A program made the position numbers and the translations under genes. This document shows positions 16,001-23,210 of a stretch of 32,000 nucleotides of DNA, one piece after another (position 1 is the stretch's first letter; each line of letters opens with the position of its first letter). A model generated the notes under the pieces. That model saw only the letters and a list, made by a program, of their open reading frames with translations, made no database searches and was not told the origin of the DNA. Source of the stretch: Candidatus Saccharimonadota bacterium (GTDB lineage Archaea; Nanobdellota; Nanobdellia; Pacearchaeales; GW2011-AR1); contig JBAZYG010000001.1 in the NCBI GenBank assembly GCA_041659445.1, forward strand, positions 180,001-212,000. Direction: 5' to 3'.

Positions 16001-17594
16001 CTCAGAACCTTTATGGACAGCAAACTTTACTGCTTATAACACGTCGTGGAGTTCAACTTATAATGCAAGTTATGATGCAAAATTAAGTGGAGTAGGAACT
16101 TCAGGTTATATTGCTGCGTGGAATGGAACTTCTTCGTTGAATAATTCAATTATTTATCAAAATGGAACTACCTTAAATATTTCTGGAAATATCTTTGTTC
16201 AAGGCGGTTCTGGAGATGTGAATAGTAATGGTGCTGTTAATTCAGCTGATTCATTATGGGTTAAACAATATTTAGCAGGAGCAGTTAATTTAACTGCAAA
16301 GCAATATGCAGAAGCAGATGTAAATGGAGATGGAAGAGTTGATTATTCAGATGTAGATTTAATTGAGCAAAAACTTACTGTTGAAGGATTGCCTTTAAAT
16401 GAAGTTCAAAGAGAAGGAAAAAGAGCTGTTGATTCAGCATATTTTATTGATTATGACAAAGATTTTGGGATAGGAAATTATTTTTCTGATGCTGGAGATT
16501 ATAATCTTACAAGTAAACTTTATGTTAATGGAACAGGAAATATCACACAAGATTTTTATGTTGGAAATGATTTAATTGTTACAGGTTGGGTAAATTCAAG
16601 TGAAGATTTTTGTATTGTTGGAGGAAATTGTTTAAGTAATAGTGCAGATGTTTCAGAACCTTTATGGACTGCAAACTTTACTGCTTATAACACGTCGTGG
16701 AGTTCAACTTATAATTCAAGTTATGTTCCTTATACTGGCTCAACTGCAAATGTTACTTTAGGAGATTATAATTTTTCAGTTGGGACTTCTGATTTTTTTG
16801 TTAATGCGGATTTAAGTTCAATTTCGTCTGGGGCAAGCTCAACAGCTTCGGGATTATATTCTGTTGCTTTAGGATATGTATCAACAGCTTTAGGGCCTTC
16901 TTCAGTAGCTGTTGGGAATCATGCATTCTCTTCAGGTGATTCTTCAATAGCATTAGGGCATTATACAAATGCTTCAGGTGATTCTTCAATAGCATTAGGT
17001 GATTTAACAAATGCTTCAGGAGCTTCTTCAACAGCGACTGGTTTTGCAACAACAGCTTCGGGATTTTTATCAACAGCAATGGGTAGAGAAATTATTGCAG
17101 GAGGAGATTATAGTTTTGCTATTGCATTGAATGATCAAAATAATTTGAATGTTTCTCAAGCAAATACAATGGCAATTATGGGGGGAAATGTTGGTATTGG
17201 AACAGCGACTCCTAATTCTATTTTAACAACTAAAGGAAATAATGTTTCATTTTTATCTGTTGGTGGAGAAAAAAGATTTTATTTTTTATCAAACGCAGAT
17301 GGTAATGAAGCTGTTTTTACAATGTATGATTTTTCAGAAACTGCAAGAATTTATTTGAATACTTATTCAGATAGTTACCTTAATGTTCCAACTGGAAAAT
17401 TTGGTATTAATACTTCAGCTCCTAAAAATACATTAAATGTTGTCGGAGATGGAAATTTTACTACAAATCTTTTTGTTGGAAGTAATATAACAACAGAAAA
17501 ATTAGTTTTTGAAACAAGTGCTTCTCATTACATCGACGATAATTCAACTTGTGTTAAAATTTACGGAAGTACAAGTATTTTAGAAATATGTTAA
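13056..17594 (+). CDS. Giant secreted mosaic fibre/adhesin-like protein (1512 aa): YadA-head-like repeats, tail-fibre-like motifs, embedded dockerin
   Basis: Sec-type signal (MVKKFKIYLLICIILFVILIDFLSA|ES). Two blocks of 14-residue xSxAxGxxxxASGx repeats. Five [DE]xCIxGGNCLS Cys-pair motifs. Recurrent (V/I)GI(G/N)TxxPxxxLxVxGxGN strings. Six EPLWTANFTAYNxSWSxTYN repeats. One dockerin-like double Ca-loop segment. Very high N-x-S/T density. Confidence 0.9.
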   Translation: MVKKFKIYLLICIILFVILIDFLSAESISDTLHLNIQTTYSNGTIQPGTFTFVFNITTDSACSNVVYSNSSTLTTDSRGIISYYLENVNLNFTNQYYLCYYRDGVLINNSKIARSPYSFTTKNATVSGLIKDANLNMTGYNISADYFSGTGANLTENLTIGKKIIFGFGETIDNLVSGWIKITGSANVTGSLIVNGNINSTTGDICITGGNCLSTVASGTEPLWTANFTAYNTSWSSTYNSSYVPYTGSTANVSLGAYNFSVGGTDFFVNSNKDSISSGGSTASGLYSVALGESNIASGDDSVSLGYSNTASDTGAVAIGYQSTSSAPYSTALGYMTTASGQKSTAFGASTIASSDYAIAMGYSTIASGTYSTAIGRGINVSGSNSVGIGLNDQSGTVLSQANTMSIMGGTVGINTTAPKNTLNVIGTGNITGNVTSQTDFCIEGGNCLSSAVGSLGNISGGGVENYIPKWIGSASLGNSLVYDNGTYVGIGTATPTYLLDVNGSGNIVNDFRVGNDLFVTGWVNSSEDVCIVGGNCLSTVASGTEPLWTANFTAYNSSWSFTYNATYDSYNSTGLIKDWNSSGLIINWSTESGIESDPLWTANFTAYNSSWSSTYNSSYNTAYNYTINGTFMRKDGDNGTGVYNFGGAWNDGGLTISNGNLYAQTVYVYNITSLQVSNLNINGSLIPQIGFDNTFDVGSSSLRWRDLYVGRNIFSNGSINVDSGGDICIVGGNCLSTSGTGSGTITGAGTATYVPLWNGTSSLNNSVIYQNGSKIGINTTIPTATLDVNGNIHASDIFATDVISGSTVGFVSVGLGGSIGAHKTNYDAKITFPETDDISIYTGLSGELLRISGDDGAVGIGESIPVYKLEIKGVPMPLETPSGNGYFGITNISDGDILEIDYSGNVGINTSTPQNKLNVVGDGNFTGNLYSNGAQVLTSYTETEPLWTANFTAYNTSWSSTYNSTYANWNKTYADTLYSSISEPLWTANFTAYNTSWSSTYNASYDAKLSGVGTSGYIAAWNGTSSLNNSIIYQNGTTLNISGNIFVQGGSGDVNSNGAVNSADSLWVKQYLAGAVNLTAKQYAEADVNGDGRVDYSDVDLIEQKLTVEGLPLNEVQREGKRAVDSAYFIDYDKDFGIGNYFSDAGDYNLTSKLYVNGTGNITQDFYVGNDLIVTGWVNSSEDFCIVGGNCLSNSADVSEPLWTANFTAYNTSWSSTYNSSYVPYTGSTANVTLGDYNFSVGTSDFFVNADLSSISSGASSTASGLYSVALGYVSTALGPSSVAVGNHAFSSGDSSIALGHYTNASGDSSIALGDLTNASGASSTATGFATTASGFLSTAMGREIIAGGDYSFAIALNDQNNLNVSQANTMAIMGGNVGIGTATPNSILTTKGNNVSFLSVGGEKRFYFLSNADGNEAVFTMYDFSETARIYLNTYSDSYLNVPTGKFGINTSAPKNTLNVVGDGNFTTNLFVGSNITTEKLVFETSASHYIDDNSTCVKIYGSTSILEIC
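13716..13784 (+). repeat. EPLW repeat copy 1 (EPLWTANFTAYNTSWSSTYNSSY)
   Basis: In-frame 69-nt unit. Near-identical at the DNA level to copies 4, 5 and 6. Confidence 0.9.
13908..14189 (+). repeat. YadA-head-like (Hep_Hag-type) 14-residue repeat block 1
   Basis: GLYSVALGESNIASGDDSVSLGYSNTASDTGAVAIGYQSTSSAPYSTALGYMTTASGQKSTAFGASTIASSDYAIAMGYSTIASGTYSTAIGRG has the periodic S/T-x-A-x-G pattern of left-handed beta-roll adhesin heads. Confidence 0.7.
14691..14759 (+). repeat. EPLW repeat copy 2 (EPLWTANFTAYNSSWSFTYNATY)
   Basis: In-frame 69-nt unit, more diverged at synonymous sites. Confidence 0.9.
14847..14915 (+). repeat. EPLW repeat copy 3 (DPLWTANFTAYNSSWSSTYNSSY)
   Basis: In-frame 69-nt unit. 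Confidence 0.9.
15888..15956 (+). repeat. EPLW repeat copy 4 (EPLWTANFTAYNTSWSSTYNSTY)
   Basis: In-frame 69-nt unit. Its core, atggacagcaaactttactgcttataacacgtcgtggagttcaactta, is identical to copy 5. Confidence 0.9.
16005..16073 (+). repeat. EPLW repeat copy 5 (EPLWTANFTAYNTSWSSTYNASY)
   Basis: In-frame 69-nt unit, 117 nt downstream of copy 4. Confidence 0.9.
16215..16376 (+). other. Dockerin-like domain (two EF-hand-like Ca-binding loops) inside the 1512-aa protein
   Basis: DVNSNGAVNSADSLWVKQYLAG...ADVNGDGRVDYSDVDLIEQKL has two DxNxDGxxxxxD loops, each followed by a helix. This is the duplicated segment architecture of type I dockerins. Confidence 0.75.
16656..16724 (+). repeat. EPLW repeat copy 6 (EPLWTANFTAYNTSWSSTYNSSY)
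   Basis: In-frame 69-nt unit. It begins a stretch (16656-16755) that shows 2 mismatches in 100 nt against 13716-13815. Confidence 0.9.
16851..17090 (+). repeat. YadA-head-like 14-residue repeat block 2
   Basis: GLYSVALGYVSTALGPSSVAVGNHAFSSGDSSIALGHYTNASGDSSIALGDLTNASGASSTATGFATTASGFLSTAMGRE shows the same periodicity as block 1. Confidence 0.7.
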
Positions 17595-17595
17595 A

Positions 17596-20500
17596 ATGGT
17601 TAATATTAAATCAAAAAAAAAGTTTTTTTTATTTTTGTTAGTCGTAACTTTTTTTATAATTCTTTTTGAAATTAGCTCGACTTCTGCTTGGCTTACTGGA
17701 TATGATTACAGAAAACAAATTAATCTTACTGGAGGAACTAATGCAGGAAATGATTATCAAATAAAATTAACAATAGGAAATACATCAGGAGGAGATTTTA
17801 ATTTAGGTGGAAATGCAACAAATTTTCCAAATGATATAAGATTTACAGATGACGACGGAGAAACACTCTTGCCCTATTGGATTGAAAATACAACAAGTCC
17901 AGCAATTTTTTGGGTTAAAGTAAATGATTCTCTTAATTCAAATCAAATTATTTATATTTATTATGGAAACTCAACTGTTTCAAGTGCAACTAACGGAACT
18001 GCGACTTTTGTAATGTTTGATGATTTTGAAAGCACTGCTTTAAATGCAGTCCCAGATTCAAGCAAATGGGTAATTACTGGAACAGACGCAAACGATAATG
18101 TAACTATTTATTTAGACCCAGCAAATGCTTCAAATCAAGTTGCAAGGACAATTGAACAAATTGATGGAGTTGGAACAAGATTATGGGTTAAAAATCTTAC
18201 TTCAAGTAATTATTCTTTTGATTTTGATTATAGAACAAGTGTAAATAGAGTTTATTATTTTTACATATATGATGGTGCTACTATTAGGACAACTATGAAT
18301 CTTGATACTACATTTCATTGGTATAATGGGGCAGCTTATCAAAATTTTGCCCCAGCAACTCCATCTCATTCTACAAATACTTGGTACGATACCGAAATAT
18401 TTGTAGCAGGACCTTTTTTAAATATGACTATTAATGGAGTAAATTATAAAGGAGGAGTTCGTTCAAATGCAACAGCATCAGTTACCTCATTAGTGATGAA
18501 TCCACATACTGCAAGTTTAACTCCTCCATTATACCAATATGTTGATGATTTTAGAGTAAGAAAGTTCTCTATGAATCCTCCAGTATTAAGTGCTGTCGGA
18601 GGACAAGAATTAATTCAAGGATTGACCTGTGGAAACTTATCTGATGGAACTTATACACTCACACAAAATGTAACAAGTAACACTACTTGTTTTATAACAA
18701 ATTCTACAAATGTTATTCTTGATTGTCAAGGATTTTATATTTATGGAAATAATTCTCCATCTTCTTATGGAGTATATTCAAATTATCCCAATACCACAGT
18801 TAAAAATTGTAATATTTTTAATTATTCTTCAGGTATAATTTTAGACAGCAATGCAAATTCAACATTAGAAAACAATACTATAAATGTTACTTTTAGCTCG
18901 GGTTCTGATGATTATGGAATTAAATTGGGTTCTGGAGTAAATTCAACAACTAAAAATAATATAATTAATGGTTCAGGAACAAATATTTATGCTTATATGT
19001 CTTATGCAATAAATAGTTCTTCAATTAATGACACAATATTTGTCCCTTCGGGTAGGGCTTCATTTTATTCCGTTGGAACTACAATGAATCAAGTTTTTAA
19101 TTTCACAAAACTAAATGGGAAAGGAGTAATATTTTATCAAGGAAATCCTTCATTTTACAATTTAAAAATGAATACAACTTCAGGTTCATCTATGGATTTA
19201 CCAAGAAATATTACCTTAAAAAACATAACAATAAATACAAATGGAGATGCTGATGCTGTAACAATATCAGGTGTAGGCGTTCATTTAGATTGTGAAAACG
19301 GAGTAATTAATGGTTCAAATATAGCATCAAGAAGTGGAGTATATTCTTCAGTAGGAAATGCTAAAATTAAAAATTGCAATATAAATAATTTCAATTATTG
19401 TATTAGGATATATGGAGGTATGAATAATTCTGTTGAAAATATTATTGCAACAACATCTTATAATGGTGGGATTCCATTAAATATTTATTTTCAATCAAAT
19501 TATACTCTTGTGAATAATTTCACAGGTTCAGCTCTTGTTAATGGTTTTGGTTTATCAATTCAATATTCAAGCCATAATGTAATTAATAATTCTAACTTTA
19601 ATTCACTTGGAGGTAGAGGAATTTATTTTTATGGTTTAATTGGAACAGGTTTAACTTTAAATAACACCCTAAACAATTCTTCAGGGAATTCTTCTTCAAA
19701 TTATGGAATTCAACTTTCAAGTTCTAATGATAATCTTATTTATAATTCCAATGGTTCAAGTAATACCTTAACAGGAATAGATTTAACAGATTCAAGTAAT
19801 AATTATTTTAATAATATAATTGGAAATTTAACAAACAATCCTACATCAACAGGTGACGGAATTACTCTCGAATCTAATTCAATAAATAATACTTTTGAAA
19901 ATTCTTTTGCAATATCAAACTCTCAAAAGGTAGATTCTTACAATTCTGCTTTTAGAATTTTTTACAGCAATAATAACACTCTTAATAATGTCACAGCAAA
20001 TGTTACAGGAATTAATGCAACAGGGATTTCCTTATATTCTTCAAATTATACTTTAATTAATGGTTCTGTTGGAGATAGCAACAATTTTAATAATTCGGGT
20101 TCAGGTATGCTGTTATCAAATTCAAGTCATAATGTACTTAATAATTCTGTTGCAATAAGTGGTCTAGGAAATGGGGCTTTGGGATTAAATACAAATAGTA
20201 ATTATAATAATATTGTAAATTTTATTGGAATTGCAAACTCAACTGAATATGGATGCAAATCTGTTGAGCCAAAATTAACTAACAACGTTGCCATTTTCAT
20301 AACAACAAGTAGTAGTTATAATAATTTAACAAATGTTTCAGGTTATAGTCGAAGTGAAGACGGAATTGCATTTTATAATAATTCTGCAAACAATATTGTA
20401 AATAATAGTTTGGGTTTAACTTATTCAAGTGTTGGGATTTTATTAACCAATTGGGCGTCTGATAATCAAGTTATTAATAGCACAGCAATCGCAATGGGTG

Positions 20501-21315
20501 GTTCTTGTGGAGGTGGAAAAGCATTTGGTATTGCAGATAATTCAAGTAGAAATAATATAACTAATATAACAGCAATTCAATATGGTGCTGTTTCAACAGA
20601 TGGGGCTTTTTTTATACGATGCATTGGGGCAACAGCCGAATGTCATCCTAATTTTAATAATACAGTAATTAATTCTAAAATTTTAATTTACAATTCTACA
20701 AATGGTATTTCAATAACAGACAATTCAACAGGAAATGTAATAAGAAATATTTCAATAAATTCAACATATACTTCTTCAACATTAAGTTTGCTAAAAGTTA
20801 ATTCATCAAATAATGTTTTTTGCTTAAACAATTTTACAAGTAATCTTGGAATTTATATAAATGATTCAAATGGAAGCAATACTTATAATTGCTCTTATGG
20901 TGGAAAGGTTCAAGGAAATATTTATGAAAATGTGAATAATGGAACAATAAATGTTCTCGGTTCAGAAAATTCTTCAATAGCAAATTACTATATTGGAAAA
21001 TATGGTTCTGGATATCCTTATAATCAAACAAATTCTTTAAATAAAATCTATGGTGCGGTAGACTACGTTCCTTTAACAATTTATTTAACTTCTTGCGCTT
21101 ATTCTGGTTCTGGAAATTGGGTAATAAATTGTTCAGAAAATTGCACCATATTAAGTAATACAGATGTAGTGGAAAATAATATTTCTATACTTGGAGTAGG
21201 AACTTTTAGAACTTCTGCAAATATAACTGGTTTTAGTAAATTAATAATTGCAGGAATAGATTCTTCAAATATTTGTAGAGTTACTTGTTTTGATGGGGGA
21301 TGTTTTAAAGATTAA
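17596..21315 (+). CDS. Secreted giant protein (1239 aa): DUF2341-like N-domain, LamG/concanavalin-like region, long right-handed parallel beta-helix (PbH1) repeat array
   Basis: Signal peptide (...ISSTSA|WLTG). WLTGYDYRKQINLTGG...NFPNDIRFTDDDGETLLPYWIE...FWVKV...IYIYYGN matches the DUF2341 signature as I recall it. From about aa 340 to 1100 there are tens of about 22-aa N-rich repeats of the type NxxxNNxIxNxxxGIxLxxSxxN. The start is 1 nt after the previous stop. Confidence 0.9.
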   Translation: MVNIKSKKKFFLFLLVVTFFIILFEISSTSAWLTGYDYRKQINLTGGTNAGNDYQIKLTIGNTSGGDFNLGGNATNFPNDIRFTDDDGETLLPYWIENTTSPAIFWVKVNDSLNSNQIIYIYYGNSTVSSATNGTATFVMFDDFESTALNAVPDSSKWVITGTDANDNVTIYLDPANASNQVARTIEQIDGVGTRLWVKNLTSSNYSFDFDYRTSVNRVYYFYIYDGATIRTTMNLDTTFHWYNGAAYQNFAPATPSHSTNTWYDTEIFVAGPFLNMTINGVNYKGGVRSNATASVTSLVMNPHTASLTPPLYQYVDDFRVRKFSMNPPVLSAVGGQELIQGLTCGNLSDGTYTLTQNVTSNTTCFITNSTNVILDCQGFYIYGNNSPSSYGVYSNYPNTTVKNCNIFNYSSGIILDSNANSTLENNTINVTFSSGSDDYGIKLGSGVNSTTKNNIINGSGTNIYAYMSYAINSSSINDTIFVPSGRASFYSVGTTMNQVFNFTKLNGKGVIFYQGNPSFYNLKMNTTSGSSMDLPRNITLKNITINTNGDADAVTISGVGVHLDCENGVINGSNIASRSGVYSSVGNAKIKNCNINNFNYCIRIYGGMNNSVENIIATTSYNGGIPLNIYFQSNYTLVNNFTGSALVNGFGLSIQYSSHNVINNSNFNSLGGRGIYFYGLIGTGLTLNNTLNNSSGNSSSNYGIQLSSSNDNLIYNSNGSSNTLTGIDLTDSSNNYFNNIIGNLTNNPTSTGDGITLESNSINNTFENSFAISNSQKVDSYNSAFRIFYSNNNTLNNVTANVTGINATGISLYSSNYTLINGSVGDSNNFNNSGSGMLLSNSSHNVLNNSVAISGLGNGALGLNTNSNYNNIVNFIGIANSTEYGCKSVEPKLTNNVAIFITTSSSYNNLTNVSGYSRSEDGIAFYNNSANNIVNNSLGLTYSSVGILLTNWASDNQVINSTAIAMGGSCGGGKAFGIADNSSRNNITNITAIQYGAVSTDGAFFIRCIGATAECHPNFNNTVINSKILIYNSTNGISITDNSTGNVIRNISINSTYTSSTLSLLKVNSSNNVFCLNNFTSNLGIYINDSNGSNTYNCSYGGKVQGNIYENVNNGTINVLGSENSSIANYYIGKYGSGYPYNQTNSLNKIYGAVDYVPLTIYLTSCAYSGSGNWVINCSENCTILSNTDVVENNISILGVGTFRTSANITGFSKLIIAGIDSSNICRVTCFDGGCFKD

Positions 21316-21316
21316 A

Positions 21317-22510
21317 ATGAAAATTGGAAATTTATTTTTTGTTTTTTTTATTTTTCTTTTTTCAATTTTAACTTTTGTAATTGTTTCAGCAGATGTTATT
21401 TCTGTTAATTCAGGAGGAAGTGAAAATGTAATAATAACTGCAGATAAATATCTTGAAGGTTTTTTCTTTTCTTCAAGAGACATTAATAATTTACCGAGCA
21501 ATCCTTTAAATGTAAAATTGGTTTCCTTGAATGGAAGAAATGAGTCAGATACTGATTTGAATTGTTCAGGATATATTACTGACGTTGAGAATTTGACTTT
21601 GACAGTATATGTAGATTGGATTAAAGATGATAATTCACAATTTATTCAAGTTTTTGAAAATCAATTAAACAATTCTGTGTTTTCAACTTTGTTAAATAAT
21701 GGAAATTTAAGTTTAGGAGATGTTTGGAAATGTTCATTGAAAGTTTCTGATGGAGAATATAATAGTAGTTGGATTGACTCAAATGAATTAACTATTATTG
21801 ATATAACAAATCCAAATGTAACAATTGTTCATCCAAATTCTTCTGCTAATTACACAAGTTTAGATATTGATTTCAATATTTCGATTTCTGAAAATGAAAA
21901 TATTTCTTGGTGTGGTTACAGCGTCAATGGAACAGCGAATGTAACAATGATTAGATTAAATGATTCTTATTTTTGGCATGAACCCCCAAACTTAACAGTT
22001 GGATTAAATAATGTAACTTTTTATTGTAATGATACTTCTGGAAATTGGGGAACAAATTTCACGAATTTTACAATTTTAGACGAGGCTGCAATTGCAATTC
22101 AATTGTCTCCTGCATTAAGTTTAACTGTTAATTGGACTTTGGAAAGTTTGCCTGCTAATGATTTGAACGCAGAAGGAAATAATTTAACTGGAGATACTTT
22201 GTATTGGGTAAATTTATCTGTAACTGCAACTACTGCAGATTTATACGTGAAAGCCGACGGAGATTTGCAAACTTTAGATTTAGATATTCTTGGTTTAGGA
22301 AATGAAACTTTTTGTGCAAATTTAACAAATTCTTCTGTTCCTGATTTAAATAGATTGATTATGAATACAAGTTATGTTTTAATTGCTGAAGATCTTCCTA
22401 GTAGTATAATTTATTTGAAATTTTATCTTGATGCTCCGTCGGGACAAGCAGCAGGAACTTATTTGAATAATTTAGATTTCAAAGCAGTAAATCATGGAAA
22501 CACTCCTTAA
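21317..22510 (+). CDS. Secreted three-domain protein; its C-terminal domain is paralogous to the 22586 and 23847 proteins (candidate tip or adaptor subunit)
   Basis: I prefer ATG 21317 (MKIGNLFFVFFIFLFSILTFVIVSA|DV), 1 nt after the upstream stop. The ORF-track start 21290 is a TTG and 21293 is an in-frame ATG, both overlapping the previous gene. Two beta-sandwich-like N-domains are present (GDVWKCSLKVSDGEY; WCGYSVNGTANVTM...VTFYCNDTSGNWG). The C-terminal part is ADLYVKADGDLQTLDLDILGLGNETF...LKFYLDAPSGQAAGTYLNNLDFKAV. Confidence 0.85.
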   Translation: MKIGNLFFVFFIFLFSILTFVIVSADVISVNSGGSENVIITADKYLEGFFFSSRDINNLPSNPLNVKLVSLNGRNESDTDLNCSGYITDVENLTLTVYVDWIKDDNSQFIQVFENQLNNSVFSTLLNNGNLSLGDVWKCSLKVSDGEYNSSWIDSNELTIIDITNPNVTIVHPNSSANYTSLDIDFNISISENENISWCGYSVNGTANVTMIRLNDSYFWHEPPNLTVGLNNVTFYCNDTSGNWGTNFTNFTILDEAAIAIQLSPALSLTVNWTLESLPANDLNAEGNNLTGDTLYWVNLSVTATTADLYVKADGDLQTLDLDILGLGNETFCANLTNSSVPDLNRLIMNTSYVLIAEDLPSSIIYLKFYLDAPSGQAAGTYLNNLDFKAVNHGNTP

Positions 22511-22585
22511 TTTTTTAAAAGAAATTAATTTCACTAGAAAAAATAAATCTTTATAAAGTATATTCTCTTATTTAAATCAATTAAT

Positions 22586-23203
22586 ATGAAAAAGAAAGGT
22601 GTGATATTTTATCGTTTGATTTTGATTTTAATTCTTTTAGCAGTTATTGTTTTATTAATTGTTCAAAATCTTCCTAAAGTTACTGGAAATTCAATTACTG
22701 GTTTTGCAACAAGTGGAAATACTACTTCAAATGTTACAATTACTTCTTATTTATCAATTGCGTTTTGTGATAATTTATCTACAGGAATTTGGTTTGGAGA
22801 AGTTGCAAGTTTACCTGTAACAAATCAAAATGGAACACATAATGCAGATGGTGCTAGTAGTGGAAGTACTTATTGTTTGAATGTTTCTGCTGATTCAAAT
22901 ACAAATGTTGATTTTTGTACAAAAGCAAGTGGAAATTTGACAACAACCGGAGCAGATGTTATTGTTTTAGCAAATGAAACTTGGAATAATGCAACAACCA
23001 CAGATGCAACAACTCCATCTTATGCTACTGAAAATATTTTGACAACAGATTATGTCAAATCCGGTGGTAATGTTGCTAGCGACGGTACTGGTGTCAATTA
23101 TTACAGATTCTGGTTAGATATTCCAGGTGGACAAGCAGCAGGAACATATAATAATACTGTATTTTTCAAAGGAGTAAATACTGGAAATCCATGTGGTGCA
23201 TAA
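22586..23203 (+). CDS. Small sequon-rich secreted/anchored protein, paralogue family member (205 aa)
   Basis: The N-terminus MKKKG-VIFYRLILILILLAVIVLLIV is a basic leader plus a 22-residue hydrophobic helix. It also has SIAFCDNLSTGIWFGEV, NVSADSNTNVDFCTKASGNL, LANETW and YYRFWLDIPGGQAAGTYNNTVFFKGV. There are about nine N-x-S/T sequons. It has its own TATA-like ctttataaag upstream. Confidence 0.85.
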   Translation: MKKKGVIFYRLILILILLAVIVLLIVQNLPKVTGNSITGFATSGNTTSNVTITSYLSIAFCDNLSTGIWFGEVASLPVTNQNGTHNADGASSGSTYCLNVSADSNTNVDFCTKASGNLTTTGADVIVLANETWNNATTTDATTPSYATENILTTDYVKSGGNVASDGTGVNYYRFWLDIPGGQAAGTYNNTVFFKGVNTGNPCGA

Positions 23204-23210
23204 AATTAAA

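Noticed and set aside
13716-16724. CRISPR-like array suggested by the regularly recurring 69-nt units
   Set aside because: The spacing is irregular (117 nt to about 1 kb). The units are coding and in frame in a 1512-aa ORF, they are not palindromic, and there are no cas genes.
13716-16810. Diversity-generating retroelement (template/variable repeat pair) as an explanation for the near-identical DNA repeats in the surface-protein gene
   Set aside because: The differences between the copies are not adenine-specific (a>t, g>a, g>c and c>a all occur). All copies lie in frame inside one gene. No reverse transcriptase or accessory gene is present in the window. Intragenic duplication or gene conversion explains the pattern better.
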